DNA of 29,315 nt from a virus (IMGVR_UViG_3300044858_001928:1-29315), one strand, 5' to 3'. Positions 1-8,557 are shown, numbered from the stretch's first letter. Program-made: numbers and translations. Notes: generated by a model not told the origin, from the letters alone.

Positions 1-1
1 C

Positions 2-316
2 ACAAGGATACATGAGCAGGGCATCAAGTCAGATGGTTCGCAGATTGGAACTTATAGTCCTTCATATCTTGAACTAAGGCGAGAGCAACAAGATCGTAGT
101 AATACCAATGTGAATCTTGTATTCACAGGAGATATGGAAAAAGACTATAAGATCATACCAATATCTGATACAGAGTACGGTCTTGGATATACTGACGATA
201 ACAATGCCGACAAAGCCAAGTGGAACACCCAACGCTACGGAAGAATATTCGCACTCACAGACGATGAACTCTCTCAAGTGCGTGACATCATTAGAGAATA
301 CTTAAACAAATTATAA
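2..316 (+). CDS. 5'-truncated neck/tail-completion (virion morphogenesis-like) protein
   Basis: The frame of ORF 110..316 is open back to base 2 (TRIHEQGIKSDGSQIGTYSPSYLELRR...VNLVFTGDM). The G..IG.YS..Y...R / VNL..TG.M pattern and position before the tail genes fit neck proteins. Confidence 0.6.
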   Translation, partial: TRIHEQGIKSDGSQIGTYSPSYLELRREQQDRSNTNVNLVFTGDMEKDYKIIPISDTEYGLGYTDDNNADKAKWNTQRYGRIFALTDDELSQVRDIIREYLNKL

Positions 317-918
317 TGCCATACATCAGTCAGATCGTTGACATCATCAACAACACTCTTGCCAATGGAAAGATCAAGGATGACATCCGATTCCGCAAGC
401 AACTGCACGGACTGGCTGAACTTTTACCACGACATATCAATGACGATCAGAACGCAATACCTGCACTGGTATCATTGACAAACAACATCACCTTCTCAGG
501 ATTCGATGACAGCAAGAGCATCGTCATCTATCACAGGTGCGTGGAGACAGAAATCATTGAGAGTGAGTTTCAGTTCGGTGATGGACTCAACACAGCAAGA
601 GAAGAAGCAAGGATGCGTATGTACGTATTCGCAAACAGGACAATCACGAAGACCACACCACAGCAGTTGAGCTTCCTGTTGAGTAGTGGAATACAGCAGC
701 AGTTAGCGTACTCGCAGTTGACAAACTATCCGGGACTATTCACTGCTACAATCGAAGCTAATATCACGAATTATAACAGCGTTGAGATATTCTCCAACGA
801 ATACAGATTACCTGCAACGGCTTATCCATTGCAACCGCATCACATATACATGGCGTTAGACTATGTCATCACGACAGACTATGACTTGTCATGTATTGAT
901 GATTGTTTAACTTGTTAA
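316..918 (+). CDS. putative tail terminator / tail completion protein
   Basis: 200 aa, TAATG-coupled to the upstream gene, directly before the MTP; Cys-rich C-terminus (SCIDDCLTC). Mostly a positional call. Confidence 0.5.
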   Translation: MPYISQIVDIINNTLANGKIKDDIRFRKQLHGLAELLPRHINDDQNAIPALVSLTNNITFSGFDDSKSIVIYHRCVETEIIESEFQFGDGLNTAREEARMRMYVFANRTITKTTPQQLSFLLSSGIQQQLAYSQLTNYPGLFTATIEANITNYNSVEIFSNEYRLPATAYPLQPHHIYMALDYVITTDYDLSCIDDCLTC

Positions 919-930
919 AACACAAAACAA

Positions 931-1485
931 ATGTCAGTATATTATCCAGCGTCTAATTGTGGAGGTGGTGCAATTCCACAGTATAGCTGTAACCCTTGCC
1001 CAGAATTTGAAACTGCGAGAATCAGATCGGTGGCGTTCGTAAAGAACACATTCTCATTTACCGATCCTTCCGATCCTACTGAGTGGAATACAGGACTCGG
1101 AACAGGAGACATCATTGTAATATGGGCAACTTCGGGATCTTATGACGGGAGTGTCATTGAAGAGGTTGTTGGATTTGGCGATGCCGAGACAAACAATGGA
1201 GGTGCGACTCACATCCTGACTTACAAGGACCCTAACTCAACTACCAACTGCAACTTCTACAATGCAATCAAGAACAGCAGTGACTACACTGTATGGTTCA
1301 GAACATCGAGCAAGATATGGGAGGCAGGTGCGCCAGCAACGATCACTCCTAAGATTCCAGTGGCTGATGATCTGAAGGCAGTTGTTACCTATGAGGTACA
1401 AGTGAAGTGGCAAAATAGTAACTTGCCATGTCCCTACCCAACTCCCGATGGTATCTTCGATCAGTGCTATATCCCTTTAGTGTAG
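931..1485 (+). CDS. putative major tail (tube) protein
   Basis: 184 aa, acidic and beta-rich, A-rich leader (aaaacacaaaacaaATG), follows neck/terminator genes, ends in a -1 slippery site. Confidence 0.65.
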   Translation: MSVYYPASNCGGGAIPQYSCNPCPEFETARIRSVAFVKNTFSFTDPSDPTEWNTGLGTGDIIVIWATSGSYDGSVIEEVVGFGDAETNNGGATHILTYKDPNSTTNCNFYNAIKNSSDYTVWFRTSSKIWEAGAPATITPKIPVADDLKAVVTYEVQVKWQNSNLPCPYPTPDGIFDQCYIPLV

Positions 1486-1571
1486 AGCCTGAAGAGGGTA
1501 ACTTCGAACTGCTGGAAGATGGGCTACCTGCACTCTTAGAGGATGGTGATTATTCACTGCTTGAAACTTAA
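1473..1571 (+). other. -1 frameshift site C_CCT_TTA (1473-1479) and 30-aa C-terminal extension of the MTP
   Basis: In-frame ATC CCT TTA GTG TAG. The -1 frame reads SVEPEEGNFELLEDGLPALLEDGDYSLLET* to TAA 1569-1571 and fills the gap to ATG 1575. Confidence 0.7.
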
Positions 1572-1574
1572 TCA

Positions 1575-2966
1575 ATGGGACAAAAGATATCTCAACTTAC
1601 AGATGGTGTGACCGCACAGGGCAATGACCTTGTGCGTGTCGCACGATTCAGTGGTGGTCAGTACATCGACAGATCGCTAACACTCGGAGACATCGGTGGA
1701 CTCGTCAGCAATGTCACCGTGACAGGTGGCAATACGCTGCGCTTCGCTGACTTTGAAGATGGTACTAACACGGTAGGGACAGGCACACCACGCACGCTAT
1801 CATCACTCGGATATACCGATGGATCAGCAGCGACACAGTTCCCTCTCACTGCTTCTGCATGGGGGAGCATCACTGCTTCCTCCACTGATTACGATACTGC
1901 TGTGATTCAAGAAGCATTCCTGACGCTCGGTCTTGGAAGCAACAAGATCAAGCAACTCAATGCAGGGTATGGTGATTTCATACTCTCAGGGCATGAGATC
2001 ATACTTCCTGCATACAAGGGGACTGGGTCATCAGGATATCCCAATCAGTTCGTCTTCGATGGACAGGGATGCACTTTCTTCTGTCGTGGATCGCAAACTT
2101 ATGGATTCACATCAGAGATAGCAGATCAGACTGAAGCAGATGACAAGGCGATATTCAACACATGGGCATGGTCGAACTGTAAGATCGTACAAGGTCCCGG
2201 TGGAGGTGTATCGATAGGGATGAGGCTCGGTGCGTGTCGATCGCTCGACATGAGAAACGTAGAGTTCGAAGGTTTAGATGCCAATGGATTCGAAGGTGGC
2301 TTCCTGCTCAATTCTCTATTCACAAATGTCAACACTAACTTCTGCGCTGAGTATGGCGTGAAGATCGACAAGGGATGGTGGAGTGGTGCAGGATACTCTA
2401 CTGCTGGCAATCAACCTATGTTCGTCAACTGCCGTTTCAGAACCACAGACCCCAGCTCTATCGGTGCAGGGATCATCGGTTGCGACAGCGTAGAGTTCTA
2501 TCGCTGTACAGTCGAAGGCACTGATGGTGCGTATGGCATCTACATAGACAACTCTTCAACAACGGTTGCGAAGAATGTTCTGATCAGCGGTGTCCACGCA
2601 GAGATCGGTGGTGGCAACAAGTACACCAATGCCATCATCGGTATGAAGGGTAGTGATCCATTCACCTGTGAAGTGCGTCGTGTCTTCTGGCAATCATCGG
2701 CTGCTAACGTAGTGTTGTTGGAGTCAGAGTCTGTGAATGCAACTAATCACATAGTGATCAGAGACTGCCTGACCAATCAGTCGTGGAAGCTCAAGCAGAT
2801 TGATACTACCGGAGGCACATCATCATGGGACTTGAAGAACATCACGTTGCAAGGTGGACCATCCACTGCTGCTGATGTGATCAACACTGTTACCTATCCG
2901 AACATCTGGGCAACAGCAACTGTGCCTGTAATATCACGAGTAAGATTCGAGAAACCATTGAATTGA
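1575..2966 (+). CDS. tail fibre/spike or virion appendage with parallel beta-helix (pectate-lyase-like) domain
   Basis: N-terminal MGQKISQL motif; DTAVIQEAF cap helix followed by beta-helix-like repeats (NCKI, NVEFEG, NCRFR, RCTVEG, GVHAE). Confidence 0.7.
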   Translation: MGQKISQLTDGVTAQGNDLVRVARFSGGQYIDRSLTLGDIGGLVSNVTVTGGNTLRFADFEDGTNTVGTGTPRTLSSLGYTDGSAATQFPLTASAWGSITASSTDYDTAVIQEAFLTLGLGSNKIKQLNAGYGDFILSGHEIILPAYKGTGSSGYPNQFVFDGQGCTFFCRGSQTYGFTSEIADQTEADDKAIFNTWAWSNCKIVQGPGGGVSIGMRLGACRSLDMRNVEFEGLDANGFEGGFLLNSLFTNVNTNFCAEYGVKIDKGWWSGAGYSTAGNQPMFVNCRFRTTDPSSIGAGIIGCDSVEFYRCTVEGTDGAYGIYIDNSSTTVAKNVLISGVHAEIGGGNKYTNAIIGMKGSDPFTCEVRRVFWQSSAANVVLLESESVNATNHIVIRDCLTNQSWKLKQIDTTGGTSSWDLKNITLQGGPSTAADVINTVTYPNIWATATVPVISRVRFEKPLN

Positions 2967-2969
2967 TAT

Positions 2970-3170
2970 ATGTCTCCACAACAGAAGCAAGTAGTCACGC
3001 ACCTGCATCAATGGTCAACAATCTTATTCTTGCCTGTCATCACCTTCTTAGTTGCGGATATCTACCGTGACTTCAAGCTGACCAGAGATAAGGTGATCCA
3101 ACAGACTGAGCGAATCGAATACCACGAAGACAGATTAACAAGAGTAGAGAGATATGTCTTTAATCAATAG
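2970..3170 (+). CDS. putative holin / small membrane protein
   Basis: One hydrophobic segment (WSTILFLPVITFLVA) plus a coiled-coil tail (HEDRLTRVE), directly before the endolysin. Confidence 0.55.
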   Translation: MSPQQKQVVTHLHQWSTILFLPVITFLVADIYRDFKLTRDKVIQQTERIEYHEDRLTRVERYVFNQ

Positions 3171-3642
3171 CAGCGAACTCATACAAGCGTATGGCGATCC
3201 ACGCATCAACACATCTGCGTGGGAGAGGCAGAACATGAGGTACTATCGTGTACCCGGATTCATCAAAGAGAAGAATCAGTTCCTGCCGAATATCATCTAT
3301 ATGCACAGAGAGTTCATTGATGTTGTTGATGTGTGGCTCACTGCTCTCACCTTCGGTGATCTGATCAAAGAAATCAAGACATACGATGGATGCTGGAATG
3401 TCCGAAATAAGAGAGGGCAGAGTACACTTAGCGTCCATGCTTTCGGTATGGCGATTGACTTCAACGCTACTCATAATCCATTTAAAACAACCAGAGAGCA
3501 AGCCATCGAGAGAGGACTAAAGCCATTCAGCAAGGAGTTCATCAAGGTCAGCCGATCTTACATGGACTGCGGTGCTGACTGGCGCACGACTCCTGATGGT
3601 ATGCACTTTCAAATTAAACGTATCGATGCAATACAATCTTGA
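3154..3642 (+). CDS. endolysin, M15-family Zn peptidase
   Basis: Conserved WNVR...[12 protein letters not shown] and DGMHFQ motifs (SxHxxGxAxD...H). Confidence 0.85.
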   Translation: MSLINSSELIQAYGDPRINTSAWERQNMRYYRVPGFIKEKNQFLPNIIYMHREFIDVVDVWLTALTFGDLIKEIKTYDGCWNVRNKRGQSTLSVHAFGMAIDFNATHNPFKTTREQAIERGLKPFSKEFIKVSRSYMDCGADWRTTPDGMHFQIKRIDAIQS

Positions 3643-4984
3643 ACAAGCACGGCTGTGGTTTAGAGACGCACTGCCCACTACTCGTCCCAATGGATTCCAA
3701 GTGAATCGTGATCTGATGATCTTGGATGATAACACATCATACGTGTGGCAAGACCCACAAGGATGGATGAAAGTAGTGTTGCCATTCGGTGCGACTGGTC
3801 CGCAAGGTCCTGTTGGTCCGCAAGGTCCATTAGGCAACACCGGATTGACAGGTCCACAGGGTATGCAGGGTGAGACTGGACCGCAGGGTCCTCCGGGACC
3901 ACAGGGTCCTGCTGGCGGTGGAGGTGGAAGCATACCGACAGGGAAGACATACTATGTCACTAACGAGACCGAGCTACGCAATGCAGTCGCTGCTAACGCT
4001 GCGAAGATTTATGTGGTGCAGGATATCGGACTCACGCAGTCATTGAACTTACCTAAGACATCGCCAAACAGATTCAAGGGCATGGTGATTGATTTGTGTG
4101 GCAACACCATCTTCGATAACTCTACCAATGGTCTGACCTATCTCATAGGACGCAAACCAGCTGATCAGAATGAAGCATTGAATGTCATGCAAAGTTGGGC
4201 ATTGATAATGATGAATGGTGCATTGCAGGGTAAGAGCGCAACGCAGACAGGCACATTGCTTGATCTTGGTGCGACCTACAACTCACGCATTGAAGGAGTC
4301 AATGTCATCAATGCGAAGGTCGGCATCCACATCAAGTTCGGACTTATGACCACGATCCGCAACTCACTGAGCAACTCAATCAGCGAACAAAGCTACGTGC
4401 TTGACAACGGAGACTGGGCAGGTGCAGGACTCAGCAACGCTCAGAGTAATCATTCTCTCATCGAGCAGGTGCGTGTCTTCAATCGTGGTGGTAACTTCAG
4501 TGCGATCTCAGTCATCGGTGCATCGGGTGTCATCATCCGTCAGAGCATCAGCGAGGGAGGCGATCCGCAGCATCATGTGTTCTGGGACTCTAAGGGAGCG
4601 ACAGTGGTGAAGGATGGCAAGATCGAAGGATTCCACATCGAGAGCAAGTCAATGATTGCAGGGATCAAAGTGAAACTTGCATCAGGATATATGACGATTG
4701 CTGATGTGTACAGTCAGTACGACAACGTGCTGATAGACGCTGAGTCTGTGCTTGGATATCCGCACCTATACGTGAAGAATATTCCGTGGTTCACCGGAGG
4801 AAGTAAGTTGAAGACATTAGGCACATCTGTCATCTGGAACTTTGAGGAACTATACTTCGATCCGACAGATGCGACTAAGTGGGTGGGCAATGTCAAGCCC
4901 TTCTACTGGAGCTGGAAGGATATGCGCCAGAGTCCTTTCTGGAAAGGAAATTCTATACAGATCAACTCACAGACATTCCAATGA
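3626..4984 (+). CDS. collagen-repeat fibre protein with beta-helix domain, paralogue of 1575..2966
   Basis: Probable start ATG 3626 (MQYNLEQ). Gly-X-Y repeats at about 3788-3912, a poly-Gly linker, then a beta-helix region alignable by eye to 1575..2966. Confidence 0.7.
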   Translation: MQYNLEQARLWFRDALPTTRPNGFQVNRDLMILDDNTSYVWQDPQGWMKVVLPFGATGPQGPVGPQGPLGNTGLTGPQGMQGETGPQGPPGPQGPAGGGGGSIPTGKTYYVTNETELRNAVAANAAKIYVVQDIGLTQSLNLPKTSPNRFKGMVIDLCGNTIFDNSTNGLTYLIGRKPADQNEALNVMQSWALIMMNGALQGKSATQTGTLLDLGATYNSRIEGVNVINAKVGIHIKFGLMTTIRNSLSNSISEQSYVLDNGDWAGAGLSNAQSNHSLIEQVRVFNRGGNFSAISVIGASGVIIRQSISEGGDPQHHVFWDSKGATVVKDGKIEGFHIESKSMIAGIKVKLASGYMTIADVYSQYDNVLIDAESVLGYPHLYVKNIPWFTGGSKLKTLGTSVIWNFEELYFDPTDATKWVGNVKPFYWSWKDMRQSPFWKGNSIQINSQTFQ

Positions 4985-5235
4985 TCAAGTTGAGCAACTA
5001 CTGGAAGCCGACAACGAAGACGATGCGAGCAGTCGGTGACACGCTGCTCGGTGTCGGTACTCTTGCGAGTAGCTATGGCATCATGGAGGGGCAGAAGGAT
5101 ATAGCCATCATCTGTCTCGGTAGTGGTGTCGTGGGTAAATTCATCACTAACTTCACAAGCGATGAGAAGAAACTACATAGTGGAGATTCTGCTGCTGATT
5201 CTCCTGCTGACAATAATAATACTGATGAAGTATGA
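4981..5235 (+). CDS. putative holin (two hydrophobic segments)
   Basis: ATGA overlap with the upstream gene; [18 protein letters not shown]...[10 protein letters not shown] resembles small phage holins. Confidence 0.55.
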   Translation: MIKLSNYWKPTTKTMRAVGDTLLGVGTLASSYGIMEGQKDIAIICLGSGVVGKFITNFTSDEKKLHSGDSAADSPADNNNTDEV

Positions 5236-5299
5236 TTTTGATTGCAGCAACATTACTACTCCTACCAACCATACCACTATGTGCGTGGATAGCTTATGA
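5162..5299 (+). CDS. small membrane peptide (45 aa), below the ORF-track cutoff
   Basis: [30 protein letters not shown]...; its TGA overlaps the FkbM ATG (ATGA 5296-5299). Confidence 0.35.
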   Translation: MRRNYIVEILLLILLLTIIILMKYDFDCSNITTPTNHTTMCVDSL

Positions 5300-5865
5300 A
5301 GTATTCGCAGAACAACGAACAAACGATAATCAATAATTATTTTCAAGGACACATCGGTCGTTTCCTTGACATCGGTGCATACGATGGCATCGCACTAAGC
5401 AACACATATGCGCTGGTGTTAGATGGTTGGAGTGGTGTGATGATCGAAGGCAGTCCGATGACTTTTGAATTGCTGAAGAAAAACATCACGCAGGAGTCAG
5501 TCACGCTGATCCATGCACTTGTTGATGTTGAGCAGAGCAGGGAAGTGAAATTCTTCGACAACACTCAAGCAACTGCTACCATGAACATAGGCAACTACGA
5601 GAAGTGGTTGAAGGCAACACCGTTTCACGAATGTACGATGATGACAACTCCCATCTCCGAGATACTTGACGAGCATGGTTATGCTTATGACTTGGTGAGC
5701 ATAGATGTCGAAGGTGGTAGTGCTGATCTATTCAAGTGGATGTCTGCCCGGATGCCTGATGTCAGAGTCTGGGTTGTAGAACACGATGGTCAGGACCTGC
5801 AATTGGAGGGGTATAAGGTGCTGGACCGGAACGGTGAGAACCTTATTTTCGGGAAGATAGTCTAA
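5296..5865 (+). CDS. FkbM-family SAM-dependent methyltransferase
   Basis: YSQNNEQ, FLDIGAYDG..SNT, GWSGVMIE and SIDVEG motifs. Confidence 0.85.
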   Translation: MKYSQNNEQTIINNYFQGHIGRFLDIGAYDGIALSNTYALVLDGWSGVMIEGSPMTFELLKKNITQESVTLIHALVDVEQSREVKFFDNTQATATMNIGNYEKWLKATPFHECTMMTTPISEILDEHGYAYDLVSIDVEGGSADLFKWMSARMPDVRVWVVEHDGQDLQLEGYKVLDRNGENLIFGKIV

Positions 5866-5895
5866 GAATTAACAAATTTTAAGTAAAGTTTTGTC

Positions 5896-5916
5896 GCTGA
5901 TTGTCAAGCAGTTAGC
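5896..5916 (+). terminator. imperfect hairpin after the late operon (possible terminator or protein-binding site)
   Basis: GCTGATTG-tcaag-CAGTTAGC, an 8-bp stem with two G-U pairs; T-rich tract about 10-27 nt downstream, not immediately adjacent. Confidence 0.3.
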
Positions 5917-5945
5917 AGAAAAGTTATGTTTGTTTACTTTTTTAA

Positions 5946-5978
5946 TTAGGAAGTTAATAAAGTATGACTGTATATTTG
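5946..5978 (+). promoter_or_regulatory. Bacteroidota sigma70-type promoter driving the early genes
   Basis: -7 box TATATTTG at 5971-5978 matches TAnnTTTG; TTAG at 5946-5949 is a degenerate -33; lies in an intergenic gap 33 nt before ATG 6012. Confidence 0.7.
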
Positions 5979-6011
5979 CCTATCGATTAACAACAACAAC
6001 AAAAAAACAAC

Positions 6012-6485
6012 ATGAAAGCAATCATCAACAAACAAGCTCCCAACTGCGTTGTCGCAGAATTGAACTACAACAATCTTGCTGACACTTGCAAGGTCTACAC
6101 TCATCGTGGCAACTATGCCACTGCTACGATGGCATGGCTTCAACGACACTTCGGTGTCATCTTCACAGAGGGCAATGATGCTCCTCGTGGAGGAAAGCGT
6201 GGCAACTACGTCACCTTCGCACCGACTCAAGCGTGGATTGACTTCGTGGCAGACTATAAGTCATCCAAGCAGAAGGCAGCCGATGACGCTGCTACTGCGA
6301 AGGCAGAGCGCATGGCAAAGGTCGAGGCGATGACCATCAGTGAGCAGACTGCTCAGACTTTCCGCAGCAAGATTCAAGGCTTGTCTTCACGGAAGCAAAT
6401 CCGCAAGGTAGCCAATCTGATGGCTGCGTCAAAGCTGGGCTTCTACTCCAGTGAAGGTCGTGACAAATTCATGGAATTAGTTTAA
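6012..6485 (+). CDS. hypothetical early protein
   Basis: 157 aa, (CAA)n/A-rich leader, first gene after the promoter. Confidence 0.75.
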   Translation: MKAIINKQAPNCVVAELNYNNLADTCKVYTHRGNYATATMAWLQRHFGVIFTEGNDAPRGGKRGNYVTFAPTQAWIDFVADYKSSKQKAADDAATAKAERMAKVEAMTISEQTAQTFRSKIQGLSSRKQIRKVANLMAASKLGFYSSEGRDKFMELV

Positions 6486-6494
6486 CAATCACAC

Positions 6495-6517
6495 GGGGCG
6501 CAGCATCCTACACTGCA
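6495..6517 (+). repeat. 23-bp intergenic direct repeat, copy 1
   Basis: GGGGCGCAGCATCCTACACTGCA, identical to 6745..6767. Confidence 0.95.
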
Positions 6518-6538
6518 TGATTCAAACATTCAAACATT

Positions 6539-6736
6539 ATGAGAACTGTATCAAAATCAATTACCGGCTCAGTAGTTAAAATACCACTGACGATTCACGA
6601 GCGCATTTATCTGCGCTCATATCTGAAGAGCAGACTACAGTTGCATTGGAGGGATGAGTTAAATGTGTATGCCTTTAGAAGCAAGAACTGCATCTGCTGG
6701 GGTATCCCTAATATTGGCAGCGGAGATTTGTACTAA
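6539..6736 (+). CDS. hypothetical early protein flanked by 23-bp repeats
   Basis: 65 aa ORF that fills the space between the two repeat copies. Confidence 0.65.
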   Translation: MRTVSKSITGSVVKIPLTIHERIYLRSYLKSRLQLHWRDELNVYAFRSKNCICWGIPNIGSGDLY

Positions 6737-6744
6737 CCATCAAG

Positions 6745-6767
6745 GGGGCGCAGCATCCTACACTGCA
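6745..6767 (+). repeat. 23-bp intergenic direct repeat, copy 2
   Basis: GGGGCGCAGCATCCTACACTGCA, followed by acaacaacaATG. Confidence 0.95.
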
Positions 6768-6776
6768 ACAACAACA

Positions 6777-6980
6777 ATGACAACAGAGCAACAACAAATC
6801 ATCGAACGATACTTCAGTAAAAATGGTGAGCAATACCATCTAAACACTGGTAGAATCCACATCGGTTTCTTTGAATTTACGATTAGCCGGGACACTCCCG
6901 TAGTCTTAGAGATTAAAGTGAACCATACTGTGATCACTATGTGGAAAGAAGTCAATCAATTACACATTACTATACTATGA
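6777..6980 (+). CDS. hypothetical early protein
   Basis: Start reassigned to ATG 6777 (MTTEQQQIIERYF) after the (CAA)n leader; ATGA overlap with the next gene. Confidence 0.7.
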   Translation: MTTEQQQIIERYFSKNGEQYHLNTGRIHIGFFEFTISRDTPVVLEIKVNHTVITMWKEVNQLHITIL

Positions 6981-7210
6981 AACAACACGAACTAAAAGCC
7001 ATAAAGAGCGCACTCAAATTCGGTGATGTGGCGATCATCGCAGCCGAGTGCGGAGTCAGCACTGTCACCGTGCAAGCTGCGCTCAGAGGCGATGCAATGA
7101 CCGACACAGCGAAGATGGTCATCGACCATGCCAAGCACCTCATCAAGTTGAGGGAGGATAGAATTGAGTATCTTAGAACGGTGATCAAACCGAAATACGG
7201 CAAGCTATGA
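6977..7210 (+). CDS. helix-turn-helix DNA-binding protein (Cro-like)
   Basis: GDVAIIAAECGVSTVTVQAALRG is an HTH pattern; start ATG 6977. Confidence 0.75.
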   Translation: MKQHELKAIKSALKFGDVAIIAAECGVSTVTVQAALRGDAMTDTAKMVIDHAKHLIKLREDRIEYLRTVIKPKYGKL

Positions 7211-7332
7211 CCATCATCGTCACCAACTCGTTCATGCGCTACCTTAGGTGGGCTGAACTAAATCTACAAACAACGATATACATAAGTCAGAATGGCTCAC
7301 TCATCTATACTATTGACATCCATACACCTTGA
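7207..7332 (+). CDS. small hypothetical protein (41 aa)
   Basis: ATGA-coupled to the HTH gene; MTIIVTNSFMRYLRWAELNLQ... Confidence 0.45.
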   Translation: MTIIVTNSFMRYLRWAELNLQTTIYISQNGSLIYTIDIHTP

Positions 7333-7471
7333 GTTACTCGCAAACATCATCAGGACAGAGTTCGATGTGAGTCCCGATGACGAGTATTGCTGGAGCTTGA
7401 TCGACCTCGCTGCTGCGCTTGAACTCTATGAGCTGGCAGCGGAGATGAAGAAAGATTTACTTATCTCATAA
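7292..7471 (+). CDS. small hypothetical protein (59 aa)
   Basis: MAHSSILLTSIHLELLANIIRTEFDVSPDDEYCWSLIDLAAALELYELAAEMKKDLLIS*; fills the gap before ERF. Confidence 0.55.
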   Translation: MAHSSILLTSIHLELLANIIRTEFDVSPDDEYCWSLIDLAAALELYELAAEMKKDLLIS

Positions 7472-7482
7472 CAACAACAACA

Positions 7483-8058
7483 ATGACAACAACAGACAAC
7501 AACAACATCTGGCACACTGATCACTTCTGGCAGAGTGCCGAGCAGGACAAGATCATTCCTGCGCTATTGAAATTCCATCGCTCTGAGATCAGGGTGAGCA
7601 AGGATCGCACCGTTCCGGTAGGGGGTAACAGAACACGATCTTACACCACGCTGGACGAGATCATGCGTGTGATCAAGCCAGTCTTGGCTGATTGCGGAAT
7701 GTTCCTGATCCAATCCCTCGCTGGAGGCGATGTCATCACGATGGTCGTGCATGAGAGCGGTCAGTTCATTGCTTCCAGAGTTGGCTTTGTCCCGATGACC
7801 GGGAACAACACCAACAACCTCCAGAACGCAGGAGGGGGGCTGACCTACCTGAAGAGATACTGCATATCTGCTCTGCTGTGCATCAATGCGGAGGATGATG
7901 ACGATGGTGCTTCAAGCACCGGTACGGTAGTGACTCCGCTCAAGGACTCGCAGATACCTGCAATCAAGAAGGCTATGGCTGACGGCTATACGCTGGAGCA
8001 GGTGAAGTCAAAGTATTCTATCACATCCAAACAATTAGAACTAATCACAAATGAATAA
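7483..8058 (+). CDS. erf: ERF-family single-strand annealing protein
   Basis: SYTTLDEI, VHESGQFI and QNAGGGLTYLKRYCISALLCINAEDDDDG, the ERF signature. Confidence 0.9.
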   Translation: MTTTDNNNIWHTDHFWQSAEQDKIIPALLKFHRSEIRVSKDRTVPVGGNRTRSYTTLDEIMRVIKPVLADCGMFLIQSLAGGDVITMVVHESGQFIASRVGFVPMTGNNTNNLQNAGGGLTYLKRYCISALLCINAEDDDDGASSTGTVVTPLKDSQIPAIKKAMADGYTLEQVKSKYSITSKQLELITNE

Positions 8059-8557
8059 CGGATATTCCAATCACCCGCTCGACATCACTGACCATGTGAT
8101 GCAGAGCGATCACGATGTCAGCAAGGCGATCATAATCGACCATGCGAAGTCACTCCTGCAACTTATCGAAGAGGGTCACATCGACCCTCTCTCAGTAGCC
8201 ATGCAGATGAAGTATCTTCAGGATGTCATGGAGCTTGCGAAGGAGAAACTCAGAGAGTATGTCCTAAATGAATTGAACAAGTACCAGAAGGGGCAAGACA
8301 TCACCAAGCACGGTGCTACCTTCCAACTCAAGGAGGCAGGAGTCAGCTACGACTACTCCGGCTGCGGTCATGCACACTATAACGAGCTGAAGCAGCAGAT
8401 TGCTATACTCACAGAGCAGTGCAAGGAGATTGAGAAGTTCTTGCGGACAGTGAAGGACTCGATGACTGTCGTGGACGAGTCCACAGGTGAGATCATCACT
8501 ATTCATGCGCCAGTAAGAAGATCAACAACAACATACAGCATAGGATGGAACAAGTAA
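8051..8557 (+). CDS. hypothetical phage protein in the recombination module
   Basis: 168 aa with coiled coils and EAGVSYDYS and VDESTGEI motifs; overlaps erf. Confidence 0.7.
   Translation: MNNGYSNHPLDITDHVMQSDHDVSKAIIIDHAKSLLQLIEEGHIDPLSVAMQMKYLQDVMELAKEKLREYVLNELNKYQKGQDITKHGATFQLKEAGVSYDYSGCGHAHYNELKQQIAILTEQCKEIEKFLRTVKDSMTVVDESTGEIITIHAPVRRSTTTYSIGWNK

Noticed and set aside
1569-1577. Stop read-through fusing the MTP extension to the in-frame fibre gene (TAA TCA ATG)
   Set aside because: TAA is rarely read through, the fibre has its own ATG, and being in frame has a one-in-three chance.
6495-6767. 23-bp repeats as a mini-CRISPR array or att sites
   Set aside because: Only two copies, separated by 227 bp containing a gene; no cas or integrase gene is visible.
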